Shown here: positions 15,101 through 24,998 of the stretch, piece after piece
How positions within the stretch are numbered: the first letter of the stretch is position 1
How the letters are laid out: each line of letters opens with the position of its first letter
Assembly (NCBI GenBank): GCA_046861645.1
Contig: JBHHUM010000016.1
Coordinates: forward strand, 1 to 39,094
DNA: 39,094 bases
From: Fidelibacterota bacterium
Lineage (GTDB): Bacteria; Fidelibacterota; Marinisomatia; Marinisomatales; UBA2128
Direction of reading: 5' to 3'
Position numbers and translations under genes: made by a program
The notes under the pieces: generated by a model
Seen by the model: only the letters and a program-made list of their open reading frames with translations
Databases searched by the model: none
Told to the model about the DNA's origin: nothing

Positions 15101-17016
15101 TTTAATGTGCTCTCTTTGGTTAGCTCTCGAATGCGGTAGCGTACTGGCTCAACTAACAGGCTCTCCTGATATTCATTGAGGACAGTCAGGTACCATTGCA
15201 GAGCATTTTCATGATCTCCAAGTTGCCATTGATAGATTTCTGCGATTCTAGTAGCGGCTTTATCTCCCCAACTGCTGTTACTGAGCTGGGAGAAAGTTGT
15301 AATAGCTTGGTCATTAAGTCCCCTTTGCTGATCGATTTCAGCTACCCGGAAGAGGGCATTATCGGCGATGGGAGTTTCCTGGTAGTTTTCAGCCACCTGT
15401 TGGAAAGCTGCCTGTGCCTCTATTTTTTTCGCCTGACGTAACAACCATTCAGCCTTGAGGTACTCCCGGAAGGCTTCTCTTTCCTTCTTGTTTGCCTGCG
15501 TGTAGTTCTCCTCCACAAATTCCTTAAGTTCCATGACATCGTTAAAGATATCATCGGTAACCCCCAGCTTCTCTAAAAGTAACGTGAGACAATCCTGGGC
15601 AGAGTCAACCTCACCACTGAGAAGCAGAACATGACACCTTTTTACTTCCAGTTCTTCTTTCCATCGTTCAGGAACTGAGGAGATTTTATTTTCCAGAACA
15701 TCCAGTGCAGCTGAGGGGTTTCCCTTAGCCAGATAGACATCAGCCAAGTGAGTTATAGCCGGCAACTTCAAAGTTCTATCGGTAGCCAGATCTGAAGCAG
15801 CCTGAAATGAGGTAAGTGCACCGTCGAAATCCCTGGTGATGCGAAATTTGATCTCACCGATACGAAAGTGAGCCTGTGGTGAGAAAGTGGTAGTGGGTAG
15901 GATCACAAGGATTGAATCGTAGAGCATAAAGGTTTCCTGTAAAGAAGATACATCTATCGTTTTACCACTTACATAGGGATCAGCGAAAAACTGATTGTCA
16001 GGGAAATAGTCAGCTAACGACTGAACCTTGTCCACTGGAGCAATCTGCTGCTCTGATGTCAGCGCTAAACCATAGAGGGCTTCTCCCATGATTTTCCTTT
16101 GTCGGGGTGAAAATTGTGGCAAATTGTTGATAGGTAGTGATCTGAGAATCGTTGCAAAAGCCTCTGCAGATAAGTTCAGTTTCTTCTCCTTCATTAAGTT
16201 GTTGGCCAATGTCAACCATCGCTCAAGGTCGCTAAGGGAGGATATGCCGGCATCGCGATGCTGTTGAACCGCAGCCGCATATTGTCCAATCTTGAAAAGG
16301 AAGTCGGCATAGAGGAGTTTAAGAGGAGTACCTTCAACTTCCAGTCGACGCTTACATTCTGCTTCGATAGCTTGGTGGCTTTCCGTTTCATCGGACATCC
16401 TGAGGAGTTGTCGTGAGATGGTTTTAAGCATACCGGGGTTGTAGTGAAGATAGGTGATATATTCACTGGTAGCTTTGGTAAAATCATGTTTTCGTGAATA
16501 GTACGCCGCTAACTCCAGGGAAAAGAGTTCGGGCTTACCAAATTTCTTTCTACCGCCAGTTACCAAGGTATCTATTTGCTCTTCTATTCCGTGACGAATG
16601 TACTCCTGCAGGACGACCCTGTAGGCTGTTTGAGACATTTGGTTTTTTTCTAAGGTCTTTTTCCAATGCTCTATAGCAGCAGTTTTATTGCCCATTAGTA
16701 AATATACTTTGCCCAGTTCAGCCTGACTCTGGACATCATTTGGATAGACCTTGAGACGATCTTGGATGAGTTTTTCCAGGTCATCGTAGCGTCTCAGCTT
16801 TTGAAAGAGAGCTTTTAATTGGATGTAGGCCCGGGAATTCTTTGGATTGGTCTTCAGCAAATCACGGTAGATAGCGATAGCCTCTTCCTCCTGTTGTGAA
16901 CGCTCTAGCATTAACGCCCTCCGAAAGGTATTTTTATCGGAAGCTGCGTGAGGACGATTGGTCTGTTGAGCTGATACCGTTACGACCAAAAGAAGGATGA
17001 GGATCGATCTATTCAT
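15097..17016 (-). CDS. Exported tetratricopeptide-repeat protein
   Basis: Signal peptide; many TPR-like helical repeats (AELGKVY, AHFRIGEI, ALFRVAEI). Confidence 0.8.
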   Translation of the reverse strand: MNRSILILLLVVTVSAQQTNRPHAASDKNTFRRALMLERSQQEEEAIAIYRDLLKTNPKNSRAYIQLKALFQKLRRYDDLEKLIQDRLKVYPNDVQSQAELGKVYLLMGNKTAAIEHWKKTLEKNQMSQTAYRVVLQEYIRHGIEEQIDTLVTGGRKKFGKPELFSLELAAYYSRKHDFTKATSEYITYLHYNPGMLKTISRQLLRMSDETESHQAIEAECKRRLEVEGTPLKLLYADFLFKIGQYAAAVQQHRDAGISSLSDLERWLTLANNLMKEKKLNLSAEAFATILRSLPINNLPQFSPRQRKIMGEALYGLALTSEQQIAPVDKVQSLADYFPDNQFFADPYVSGKTIDVSSLQETFMLYDSILVILPTTTFSPQAHFRIGEIKFRITRDFDGALTSFQAASDLATDRTLKLPAITHLADVYLAKGNPSAALDVLENKISSVPERWKEELEVKRCHVLLLSGEVDSAQDCLTLLLEKLGVTDDIFNDVMELKEFVEENYTQANKKEREAFREYLKAEWLLRQAKKIEAQAAFQQVAENYQETPIADNALFRVAEIDQQRGLNDQAITTFSQLSNSSWGDKAATRIAEIYQWQLGDHENALQWYLTVLNEYQESLLVEPVRYRIRELTKESTLN

Positions 17017-17041
17017 TGTTTGTTATCAGTATGTTTTCAGA

Positions 17042-17085
17042 GTCCTAACCTGACAGCTCGCCTTGGACCAGTCAGGTTGCAGGAC
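17042..17085. repeat. REP-like palindrome next to the RAYT remnant
   Basis: GTCCT-AACCTGAC...GTCAGGTT-GC-AGGAC inverted repeat; half-site GTCAGGTTGC repeated at 17125-17134. Confidence 0.6.
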
Positions 17086-17170
17086 AGTTACAATTATGTC
17101 AGTTTGTTTGATGGTTTGTAATAAGTCAGGTTGCCGGATTTCCCGATTACCTCCCAAATTTATCAGGTTT

Positions 17171-17757
17171 TCATTTTTCAAATTTCTCAACCTCCATCCA
17201 ATATTTATCTGAAACCATGTATGCTTCCAAATTCTCTTTGTGGAATTGAATAAACTGGTCTGATCCATCGAACCATTTTAGTACCTTCTGCTTCTTAATG
17301 AAAGTTGATTCGTTCTGGAGTAAGACATTATATGAATTGTACTTCTAATCTTCAAATAGACAAGAGTCTTGAAATAAATTTCTCCATCAACAAGGATTCT
17401 CTTGAAAGGCAGATCGAAAAGGTTACCTTTCTTGCCGAGAACTCTGTTGAAAGATTTTGAGTAGCTATTGAAAAAGTTGCTGAAGTGCTGGGAGAGTTTT
17501 TTCAACCAGACAGGACCGGAGAGACCTGTCCGGTTTTCCATAATCTTGTCTTCATTTTTGATCTTTAATAGGAAGTGGAAATAATTAGGCAGAAAAGTAT
17601 AAGCATAGGTCTCTACAACTGGTGATAAAAAGCGTTTGTATTTTTCCAAAAAGATCTGATAATCACGGTCAGCGATACAGATATCTCGATGTCCCACTCC
17701 ATAATTAAAGAGGTGGTAAATTTCATCATATGGAAGCGGTGCTAATGTATCAGTCAT
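17171..17757 (-). pseudogene. REP-associated tyrosine transposase (RAYT, Y1_Tnp) pseudogene
   Basis: IYHLFNYG, YAYTFLPNYFHFL (HUH mutated), FSNFFNSYSKSFN, GNLF..PFKR; YIHxNP segment deleted; C-terminus (YNSY..LL...T.IK...VLKWFDG..QFIQFH) continues in another frame. Confidence 0.75.
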
Positions 17758-20700
17758 TTTAATAGACCTTCATCTTGTATCAGGGCATTAAAATATCGAC
17801 GGATCATCTCCTGATAGTCCCGAGAATAGCCAACCTTAAGAGCCTCATTTAGTGCCTCTATAGCCAGGCTTCGGCGTTGGCCCAGGTCTACCGGGAGGCC
17901 TGCGGGCCCGTCAGAATTGATGACTACCGCTGTCCGCGATTTACGCTTTTCAGAGAGGTCTCGCTGGCGAAGCGATTTCTGGGAGTTGAGCATCCTGGAA
18001 AGAATACGCTCCTGACGTTCAACAGTTGTGCGATTGACCTGTTTTCTGTGAAAATCCTTCAGTACTTCTTCCATCTCATCGGCAATGCCCTGGAGTTCTC
18101 CAGCTTGCCGTGAACCCCTCATCTCCTGGAGTAATTCGTTCAGTGATTTTCTCAACTGACCCTGCTGTTCGCTGAGCCTGCGCATCATTTCCTTTTGTGC
18201 AGAAGCAGTCATCTGTCCCATCAACATCTGTAGAGTTTGGTTATTGATGCCTTGCTGTTGTCCGGTCATCTGTTGCATTCGTTCGAGAAACTGCTGCATA
18301 CCGGATGCCATTCCTGACTCTTGCATTGCCTCCATGGCCGCGATAGTTGCCAGGGCGGCTTCATTCAGGGCAGCCATCGCTTCGGCTTGTTGGCTGGCTG
18401 CTGAAGTTGCATTGCGACCCTCCATTTGACGAAGAGCTTCATTCATTCCGGCCACGGCTCGACCCACGGCCTTGCCCATCTCTGGTGTGACAGCGAATGT
18501 CTGGTGAGATAGCGCCATCATTTCGCTAATGAGTTGAGAGAACTTATCCTTCATCAGCTGCTGACGACTTGCCATTTCTCGTAAACGTGGGCTATTGCGA
18601 GGGAGGTCAGCTGTTTCACCTTGTAATCGCTCCTGTTCTTTGGAGATAGTCAATGTTTTATGGAGAATTTGACGAAATTTTTCTGACATTTCTCCCACAG
18701 ATTGCTGCTGAAAGCTGGCTTGAATATTCTGCATCATCTGCATCATCTGTTGAAGATTCTGGCTGGCGATCTTGGCTGATGTAGAGGCTTGGTTAAAATC
18801 AGATTGCTGAAGCTGTTGGGCTGACTGAGACAATAAATCCGTTGTTTCTTCTGCCAGTTTGGATGTGGCTAAGTCCTGCAAATCATCTGCGGGTTTTTGA
18901 GCGAATGGTTCAATACTTTTGGCAGCCTCGGACATCAGTTCCAGAAGATTCTGGTATTCCTTCTGGTTGCGTAGTTGATCTTCTAATAGACGGGGTGATT
19001 CCTCTGCCATAGTATTTATGTCCACTTGAGAAGCCAGTTCATCCTGATCTTTGGTGAGTTGTTCCAATCGGCGTACCAGCTCATCCATCTGCTGTTCAGC
19101 TCGAATCCGCTCGAAGATGTCAATAAAGCGATCCAGTTGTGCTTCCAATTCCTCTACATTCAACGAAAAATCTTCCAGGGCTACCTGCAAGTCCTCGGGA
19201 GTGATATTCTCCAGTGCTGATTGCATCCGTTCCAGAGCAGCCAACATTTCAGGCGACATGAGATCTTGAAGAAGGTCGTTTAACGTCTCAAATTTATCGA
19301 TCAGTTCCGGTGAGAAAAGTCCGTGTTTTTCTGCCTCCTGGGCAATGGCTTCCATCTGTTCCCGCAATGTTTCGATCTGCTTCAGCTTTTCCTTAACTTC
19401 TACAACAGTCTCTTCCAGTCGCTGATTTTTTTCCCATTCCAGAGACTTGTCTTTCAGGAGTTCCAGTTGAATATCTTCCAGCGTTTCCGCCATTTCTTCC
19501 AGGTCATCAACGATGTCTTCGGCAGAGGTTTGGACTTCATCCTGTTGCTCTTCAGTACGGGCAAAGAGGTCGGCGAGAGATGGAAACTGAGCAGAAAAAG
19601 TAGCAGAAACCGCTTTCTTTGGACCGGAAATGATATCATTATCATAAACCTCGAAATGAAACTGGAGTTCGTCATCCGGCATCAGGCTTAAATCACTTAC
19701 ATCCCACAGGTAGTGGACATCCTGAGCGGTGGCCGTTCGGGAATAGTTACTTAACACTTGAATCCTTACGGATTCTTCCTGCTGCAGGTATTCAGGATGT
19801 TTGACTTCGTGCACAATCTGTAAACCACTAAAGCCGAAGTCGTCTTCTATTTGCAGGTGGACAGGAATAGTGAAATCGCTACCTAATTCTATGACTTCGG
19901 GTGGTCTCAACACCTGTAGCTGGGGATGCAGATCTTCCAGTATGACCAGACGGTACTCGATAGGATCGAGGTTACCAATGCCTCGGGCATCATAAACATG
20001 TGCCATCAGGGAAGCGTCAGTCATCATGGTTATCTCGCCTTTGGCCTGATTGCCCTGTATAGTTAATGGAATTTTTTCATAGCTCTCCAAGTTGACATCT
20101 TGACCAATGCTCAAATGCCCCTTTGCCAAACGTTTGTCAGTCAGGAGGGAAATATTCAGCTTTGACCCTTTGATACCCCGGATTTCCGCTACATTCCCCT
20201 CCTGTTGAATAGGAGCCAATCCGGTGTATGAGGGAGGCACAACTGTTGCTGTAAACTGCTCGATGGTAGGTCGATCGGTAACGTCTATTCTGTAAACAGG
20301 AGATGAAATTTCATCCCACGGTTCCCAGAAATGGGTAGAAGGGATGAAACCCCGGTAGGTATAGTTCTGTAGCACACTTTTCAATTCGTAAGTGTAACAA
20401 GCCTGTGGTGTGCTCTCCAGAGTTAAAATGACATCTCCCTTATCACCCTTAAGTTCCAGTTGGATGGAGGCTGGCAGGTGTTTTCCAGTTGCTGAGAAGG
20501 TAAGAATGGTATCGTCACCACCCATAAGGGACAGGTTGCCGGTAAGACTCTTTAATTCGTAAGGAAGCGGCACTGCAAATTCCGTTTGGGGATGTACCCA
20601 TCTCTGTCCTGCTTTCAATAAGATATTTCCCAAAGAGATCAGCAGGACCATAAGGAAACCAAGGGAAACTAACGTTGTGATCTTCAACTTTTTTTTACTG

Positions 20701-21146
20701 GGAATGGAATAGATATCTTGGGGATGAATTGTTCTTAATTTCTGATTTGTTTTAGCGACAAACTCGTCTGCTAATTCCTGTGAAGTCTGGTAGCTTCCGA
20801 GGGGATAGGATTCCAGTTGATAAGCGTTGATGATTTCGTCATCACGGAGTAAGGCAGCCTGTCCTATTTCGTGGGCGATAGTTTCAAGTTGATAGCGCTT
20901 TACACTGTTCTGGCGGATAAAGAATCCCATTCCAACCAGAGTTGCCAAGAAACCTGTGAATAAAACAAAACCAGATTGCCAGATGCTGTAGCGTACTGAG
21001 GTGGACAACCAGAAAATGGCTTCTAGTATCAGTAAGAGGGTGGTGCTAAAAGTTACAATAGTCAGAGTAATCCATCCCACAGCAAGAAGATCGGTAATGA
21101 TTTTACGGTTGCGGAAACGGACGAGTTGAGATGCAATCTGATTCAT
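17754..21146 (-). CDS. Large membrane-anchored coiled-coil protein (DUF4175-like)
   Basis: N-terminal TMs, Ig-like middle region (PPSYTG), long Gln/Glu-rich coiled coil, RQERILSRML and Y.EMIRRYF end; start set to ATG 21146 after the upstream stop. Confidence 0.75.
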   Translation of the reverse strand: MNQIASQLVRFRNRKIITDLLAVGWITLTIVTFSTTLLLILEAIFWLSTSVRYSIWQSGFVLFTGFLATLVGMGFFIRQNSVKRYQLETIAHEIGQAALLRDDEIINAYQLESYPLGSYQTSQELADEFVAKTNQKLRTIHPQDIYSIPSKKKLKITTLVSLGFLMVLLISLGNILLKAGQRWVHPQTEFAVPLPYELKSLTGNLSLMGGDDTILTFSATGKHLPASIQLELKGDKGDVILTLESTPQACYTYELKSVLQNYTYRGFIPSTHFWEPWDEISSPVYRIDVTDRPTIEQFTATVVPPSYTGLAPIQQEGNVAEIRGIKGSKLNISLLTDKRLAKGHLSIGQDVNLESYEKIPLTIQGNQAKGEITMMTDASLMAHVYDARGIGNLDPIEYRLVILEDLHPQLQVLRPPEVIELGSDFTIPVHLQIEDDFGFSGLQIVHEVKHPEYLQQEESVRIQVLSNYSRTATAQDVHYLWDVSDLSLMPDDELQFHFEVYDNDIISGPKKAVSATFSAQFPSLADLFARTEEQQDEVQTSAEDIVDDLEEMAETLEDIQLELLKDKSLEWEKNQRLEETVVEVKEKLKQIETLREQMEAIAQEAEKHGLFSPELIDKFETLNDLLQDLMSPEMLAALERMQSALENITPEDLQVALEDFSLNVEELEAQLDRFIDIFERIRAEQQMDELVRRLEQLTKDQDELASQVDINTMAEESPRLLEDQLRNQKEYQNLLELMSEAAKSIEPFAQKPADDLQDLATSKLAEETTDLLSQSAQQLQQSDFNQASTSAKIASQNLQQMMQMMQNIQASFQQQSVGEMSEKFRQILHKTLTISKEQERLQGETADLPRNSPRLREMASRQQLMKDKFSQLISEMMALSHQTFAVTPEMGKAVGRAVAGMNEALRQMEGRNATSAASQQAEAMAALNEAALATIAAMEAMQESGMASGMQQFLERMQQMTGQQQGINNQTLQMLMGQMTASAQKEMMRRLSEQQGQLRKSLNELLQEMRGSRQAGELQGIADEMEEVLKDFHRKQVNRTTVERQERILSRMLNSQKSLRQRDLSEKRKSRTAVVINSDGPAGLPVDLGQRRSLAIEALNEALKVGYSRDYQEMIRRYFNALIQDEGLLK

Positions 21147-21147
21147 T

Positions 21148-21825
21148 TCATTGGGTGAGGGCATAGAAGAAAACATTGGTGCCCATTCTCAATGCTGAAA
21201 GGTGCTTTTCTTCCGGATCATTGTGAACATCCGGGTCTTCCCAACCATCACCTAAATCACTTTCGTAAGAGTAAAATACGATTATTCTCTTTCCCTCAAA
21301 CAGGGCCAGTCCCTGTGCCGGTTTACCATCGTGCTCATGTATTTTTGGCAAGCCGTGTTCAAAGTTATAGTAACAGTGATAAATAGGGTGATCGTGTGGA
21401 AGTTCCACCCACTCTTTATCTGGGAAGACGCGTTTCATTTCCCGGCGGAACGATTCATCCATTCCGTAGTTATCATCGGCGTGTAGAAATCCACCTCCCA
21501 TTAAAAATGTTCTCAGGTTGGACACTTCCCTGTCAGAGAAGTGGATATTGCCATGTCCGGTGAGATAAAGGAAGGGGTATCCATAAATTTCCTCATCCTC
21601 CAAGGAATAACGTACTTCAGTGGTGGATACACTGATGTTAGTATTAATCTGGATAAAAGCCAGCAGGTTGGGTAGAGAGCTGGGATCGCTGTACCAATCG
21701 CCACCCCCGGAATACTTGACTCTGCAAATTGTAAAGGTTTCACCATTAGACTCGCCGACAACTGTAGTAGCAAGGGAGGTGAGAAGCACTGTAGTAATGA
21801 ATAGGGTTTGATTGATTACCTTCAT
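21148..21825 (-). CDS. DUF4159 domain exported protein
   Basis: KYSGGGDWY.DP, YPFLYLTGHGN, GGFLHADDNYGMD, GLPKIHEHDG, DLGDGWED; start set to MKVINQ (21825), which gives a signal peptide. Confidence 0.85.
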   Translation of the reverse strand: MKVINQTLFITTVLLTSLATTVVGESNGETFTICRVKYSGGGDWYSDPSSLPNLLAFIQINTNISVSTTEVRYSLEDEEIYGYPFLYLTGHGNIHFSDREVSNLRTFLMGGGFLHADDNYGMDESFRREMKRVFPDKEWVELPHDHPIYHCYYNFEHGLPKIHEHDGKPAQGLALFEGKRIIVFYSYESDLGDGWEDPDVHNDPEEKHLSALRMGTNVFFYALTQ

Positions 21826-22148
21826 GTCTTCGTTACCATTGTGTTGAAAAGTTACAAAATTGATTTGTTCCCAGAGTGTGAAAAAGAGATAACATTTGTA
21901 TTGCCTGATAGGGTAGCGACAGGAACAGGAGGCTGCTGATCTGTCTGTAGTATAGGATGGCAGTAACATACCAGATAAAGAGGAGTTTATCTATCGTCGA
22001 AACGCAGCAGATTTGATTTATCCTGCATCCTGAATTAATTTACCTTGACTCAGAGTTGATCTATCGATAGATTTCAGACAGGGGTATCGGAAAAGCACCA
22101 ACCAGTAAGTTTCCATTAAATAATACTTCCAGAAAAGGAGGAACTCAT

Positions 22149-22580
22149 ATGGATAATACCAATATAGTCAGCGCCCTAATGTCAGCGGTGGAATCAGGAG
22201 ATTACGAAACTGCCTCCAGCTATATGTCAGAGGACTTTACCTTCAGTGGACCTGTTCCCGAACCAGTAAGTGGGGCGGCATGGCTGGATCTTCACAAGAG
22301 ATTAAAGCAAGCATTGCCAGATTTTTCTTTCAACACCAGTGACATCGAGGAGACGGAGTCAGGAGTTAAAATGACAGTGAGTATGACGGGAACACATACT
22401 GGTGACCTTGACCTTACACATTTGGGCATTCCTATTATAAAAGCTACAGAAAAATCTTTGGTCATGCCAAAGGAACATCCTGTTATGACCGTGCATGAAG
22501 GCGAGGTTATCTCCCTGCACGTTGCCGATGTCGGTGCTGATGGAGGTGTCAGAGGTATTGTGAAACAGTTAGGGGAGTGA
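22149..22580 (+). CDS. SnoaL-like/NTF2-like (ester cyclase) protein
   Basis: ALPDF.F, MTGTHTG.L motif; RBS AGGAGG. Confidence 0.75.
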   Translation: MDNTNIVSALMSAVESGDYETASSYMSEDFTFSGPVPEPVSGAAWLDLHKRLKQALPDFSFNTSDIEETESGVKMTVSMTGTHTGDLDLTHLGIPIIKATEKSLVMPKEHPVMTVHEGEVISLHVADVGADGGVRGIVKQLGE

Positions 22581-22770
22581 TTGCTGTAATAAGGTTATCG
22601 AACAAATCCGTCAAGAAAGTATTTATGGTTTTTGACTTAGTAAATAGTGGAATGGTTGGAATTTAGATATTTCTAATCATTGCACATACAAGTAACCAGT
22701 TTTCGGGGGGTAAAGAGGTTGTTAAAATACAGTTAAAAAGAGGAGGGATGAGGGAATAAAAAAGATTATT

Positions 22771-23697
22771 ATGTCTCTTGGTTTATTACTTTGGTTCAGT
22801 TGTACCAGTTTAATCCCTTTAAAAGTGGGGCCTGCTTCAGATATTAAGATTGAGAGAACGTCTGCCAAGCTTTCCAGAGGAAAGTATCTGATGGATAATG
22901 TAGTACATTGTCTCTATTGTCATTCGAAATTTGATGAGCGGTATTATTCTTTCCCACCAGCTCCACGGAGTGAAGGAATTGGAGGTGCTGCATTTGAAGA
23001 AGATTTTGGCATCGTTTATGGTGCTAATATTACTCCCTCAGCCCTTGGTGATTGGTCGGATGGTGAAGTCATCCAAGCAATTACTGAAGGAGTAAATAAG
23101 AAAGGTGAGTCTCTCTTTCCAATTATGTCTTATCCTCAACTCAGGTTCATGTCAACAGAAGATGTTTATTCAGTTGTCTCATATTTGCGCACTCTCGAAC
23201 CCATTTCTAATAAAGTCAGTGCCAAGAAATTAAAATTCCCATTAGGATATATTGAACGCACCTTTCCCAAACCGTGGACACCACAACCCCAACCTGATCC
23301 TGCAAATAAGGTCGCCTATGGCAAATACCTTGCTACGATAGCAAATTGCATTATGTGTCATACACCAACAGATAAAATGGGCAAGCCATTACCTGGGATG
23401 TATCTGGCTGGTGGTCAGAGGTTTAGGTTCCAGGGTGGTGAGGTTTTCTCTACTAATCTAACCCCTGATTTAGAAAGTGGAATTGGGAATCGTTCACAAC
23501 AAGAGTTCATAGATCTTTTCAGGTCCTTTAAAGATCCTATCGTGGTACCACCGGATAAAAAAAGTGAAAATACAGTTATGCCATGGATGGCATTCGCCGG
23601 AATGACAGACGAAGACTTAGGGGCAATATTCGCCTTTTTGAGGTCGGTTAAATCTGTAAAAAATGTCGTAGAAAAGTGGCCTGCTAAAGAAGGGTAA
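22771..23697 (+). CDS. Diheme c-type cytochrome, probable lipoprotein
   Basis: Two heme motifs CLYCH and CIMCH with RGKYL, NITP, G.W, L.P.M, MPW; WFSC lipobox-like. Confidence 0.88.
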   Translation: MSLGLLLWFSCTSLIPLKVGPASDIKIERTSAKLSRGKYLMDNVVHCLYCHSKFDERYYSFPPAPRSEGIGGAAFEEDFGIVYGANITPSALGDWSDGEVIQAITEGVNKKGESLFPIMSYPQLRFMSTEDVYSVVSYLRTLEPISNKVSAKKLKFPLGYIERTFPKPWTPQPQPDPANKVAYGKYLATIANCIMCHTPTDKMGKPLPGMYLAGGQRFRFQGGEVFSTNLTPDLESGIGNRSQQEFIDLFRSFKDPIVVPPDKKSENTVMPWMAFAGMTDEDLGAIFAFLRSVKSVKNVVEKWPAKEG

Positions 23698-23887
23698 TCA
23701 AAAGTAGTCATCGAAAATAACTATCGACTAGTTATCATTACTCTGTTCGGTGCTATTATGAATTCGTCTTATTTATTGAGTAAATAATTTTTCCGTTTTT
23801 TACTGTAGCGAAGAATTGGATTCTATAGCTTGAAGTGTGGATTGGAAAATTAGATTGTTTGGTAAAATGTCAGACTACAGGAATACC

Positions 23888-23922
23888 ATGGCACCATGAT
23901 CAAATATCGACCAAGGTGCCAT
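23888..23922 (-). terminator. Hairpin between convergent cytochrome c and DUF1761 genes
   Basis: ATGGCACC...GGTGCCAT inverted repeat about 12 nt past the DUF1761 stop; weak U-tract. Confidence 0.4.
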
Positions 23923-23934
23923 AACAACGAAAAC

Positions 23935-24363
23935 TTACATGTAGACAATAATCATAGCCACGATCAACAGAGATATAAAATGGTAGCTGGTATTGATACC
24001 AAACAATTTCCATGATCTCTTTTCCCAGGCAACGCTTCCCAAATCTACTGGTAGGAAAAACCCCAACCAGGTGAATAAGGCGGCCTGAAAACCATTGAAG
24101 GAATTAGAGATCTCTTCAACTCCGGGTACGTGATTCCAGGCGGCTATATTGTGAGCAAGAACCCAGGCTAACAAAAAACTCCCTATGACCATGAAGACCA
24201 TCCCTTTGGTAATGGCGGCACCGGACACTTTTTCGTCTGGATCGAATCCCATTTCTACGGCCCAGGTTCGTCCAAAGAGTGGTGTGTACCAAATAAAGCC
24301 TAAAATAAAATTGGCAATTACTGCTATTATCACAGCAAGCATGTTTACTTGAATATCTGGCAT
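23935..24363 (-). CDS. DUF1761 family membrane protein
   Basis: VN.LAV..A..A.F.LG..WY.PLFG..W; WEKRSWKLFGINTSY. Confidence 0.85.
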   Translation of the reverse strand: MPDIQVNMLAVIIAVIANFILGFIWYTPLFGRTWAVEMGFDPDEKVSGAAITKGMVFMVIGSFLLAWVLAHNIAAWNHVPGVEEISNSFNGFQAALFTWLGFFLPVDLGSVAWEKRSWKLFGINTSYHFISLLIVAMIIVYM

Positions 24364-24641
24364 TTGTCTTCCCTCCTTAATATTACCGAGCTGTCAGTTT
24401 TCAGGTTAAAACAAAATAATCACCATTACAATGTAATTGATTACTATCGGATTGATATTTTTTTTACAATACTGTTTATTAGTAACAAAGGTTTTGTTTT
24501 ATGAAAACTGAACGAAGTTATTACTCAAACTGACTAAGGTGAAAAACTTGGATTTCTACATTAATTTTACGCGACGAATAAGTAAGGCGGACAACAATAT
24601 GTTTTTATCTTGTTTTAAAATAGTTATCACTATAAATTTAA

Positions 24642-24665
24642 ATAGTTAAATAATTCCATAACTAT
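24642..24665 (+). promoter_or_regulatory. Putative ArsR/SmtB operator
   Basis: Perfect inverted repeat ATAGTTA-N10-TAACTAT, 9 nt upstream of the ArsR start and just downstream of a TTGTTT-N17-TAAATT promoter-like element. Confidence 0.6.
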
Positions 24666-24674
24666 CAAGATATC

Positions 24675-24971
24675 ATGGACCAGTTTTCACAACAAGCTTT
24701 AAAAGTTTTCAAAGCACTGGCTGACCCCATTCGCTACAGGATCATTCAACTCCTGATTGAAAGAGGGGAACTGGGTTGCTCCGACTTTGCTGAACACTTT
24801 GATATAAGTGCGCCTGCTATGTCACACCACTATCGTATATTAGAAAACTCAGATCTGGTTACAACCAGAAAGTCCGGGCAGCATGTTTTCCTAAATCTAA
24901 ATAAGGAAGTTCTGAACAAGATTGTACCTGGATTTGAAAAGATCCATGTGCATCAGAATATTTTAACTTAA
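24675..24971 (+). CDS. ArsR/SmtB family transcriptional repressor
   Basis: VFKALADPIRYRI..LL, S.PA.SHH.R.L....LV..RK.GQ. Confidence 0.9.
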   Translation: MDQFSQQALKVFKALADPIRYRIIQLLIERGELGCSDFAEHFDISAPAMSHHYRILENSDLVTTRKSGQHVFLNLNKEVLNKIVPGFEKIHVHQNILT

Positions 24972-24998
24972 CATTCGATTAATAGAAGGAGTAACATC

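Noticed and set aside
17026..17268. 80-aa minus-strand ORF after the RAYT
   Set aside because: An alternative frame across the RAYT C-terminal remnant and REP palindromes; no protein features.
21826..21969. N-terminal extension of the DUF4159 ORF
   Set aside because: Non-conserved-looking sequence placed before a good signal peptide starting at MKVINQ.
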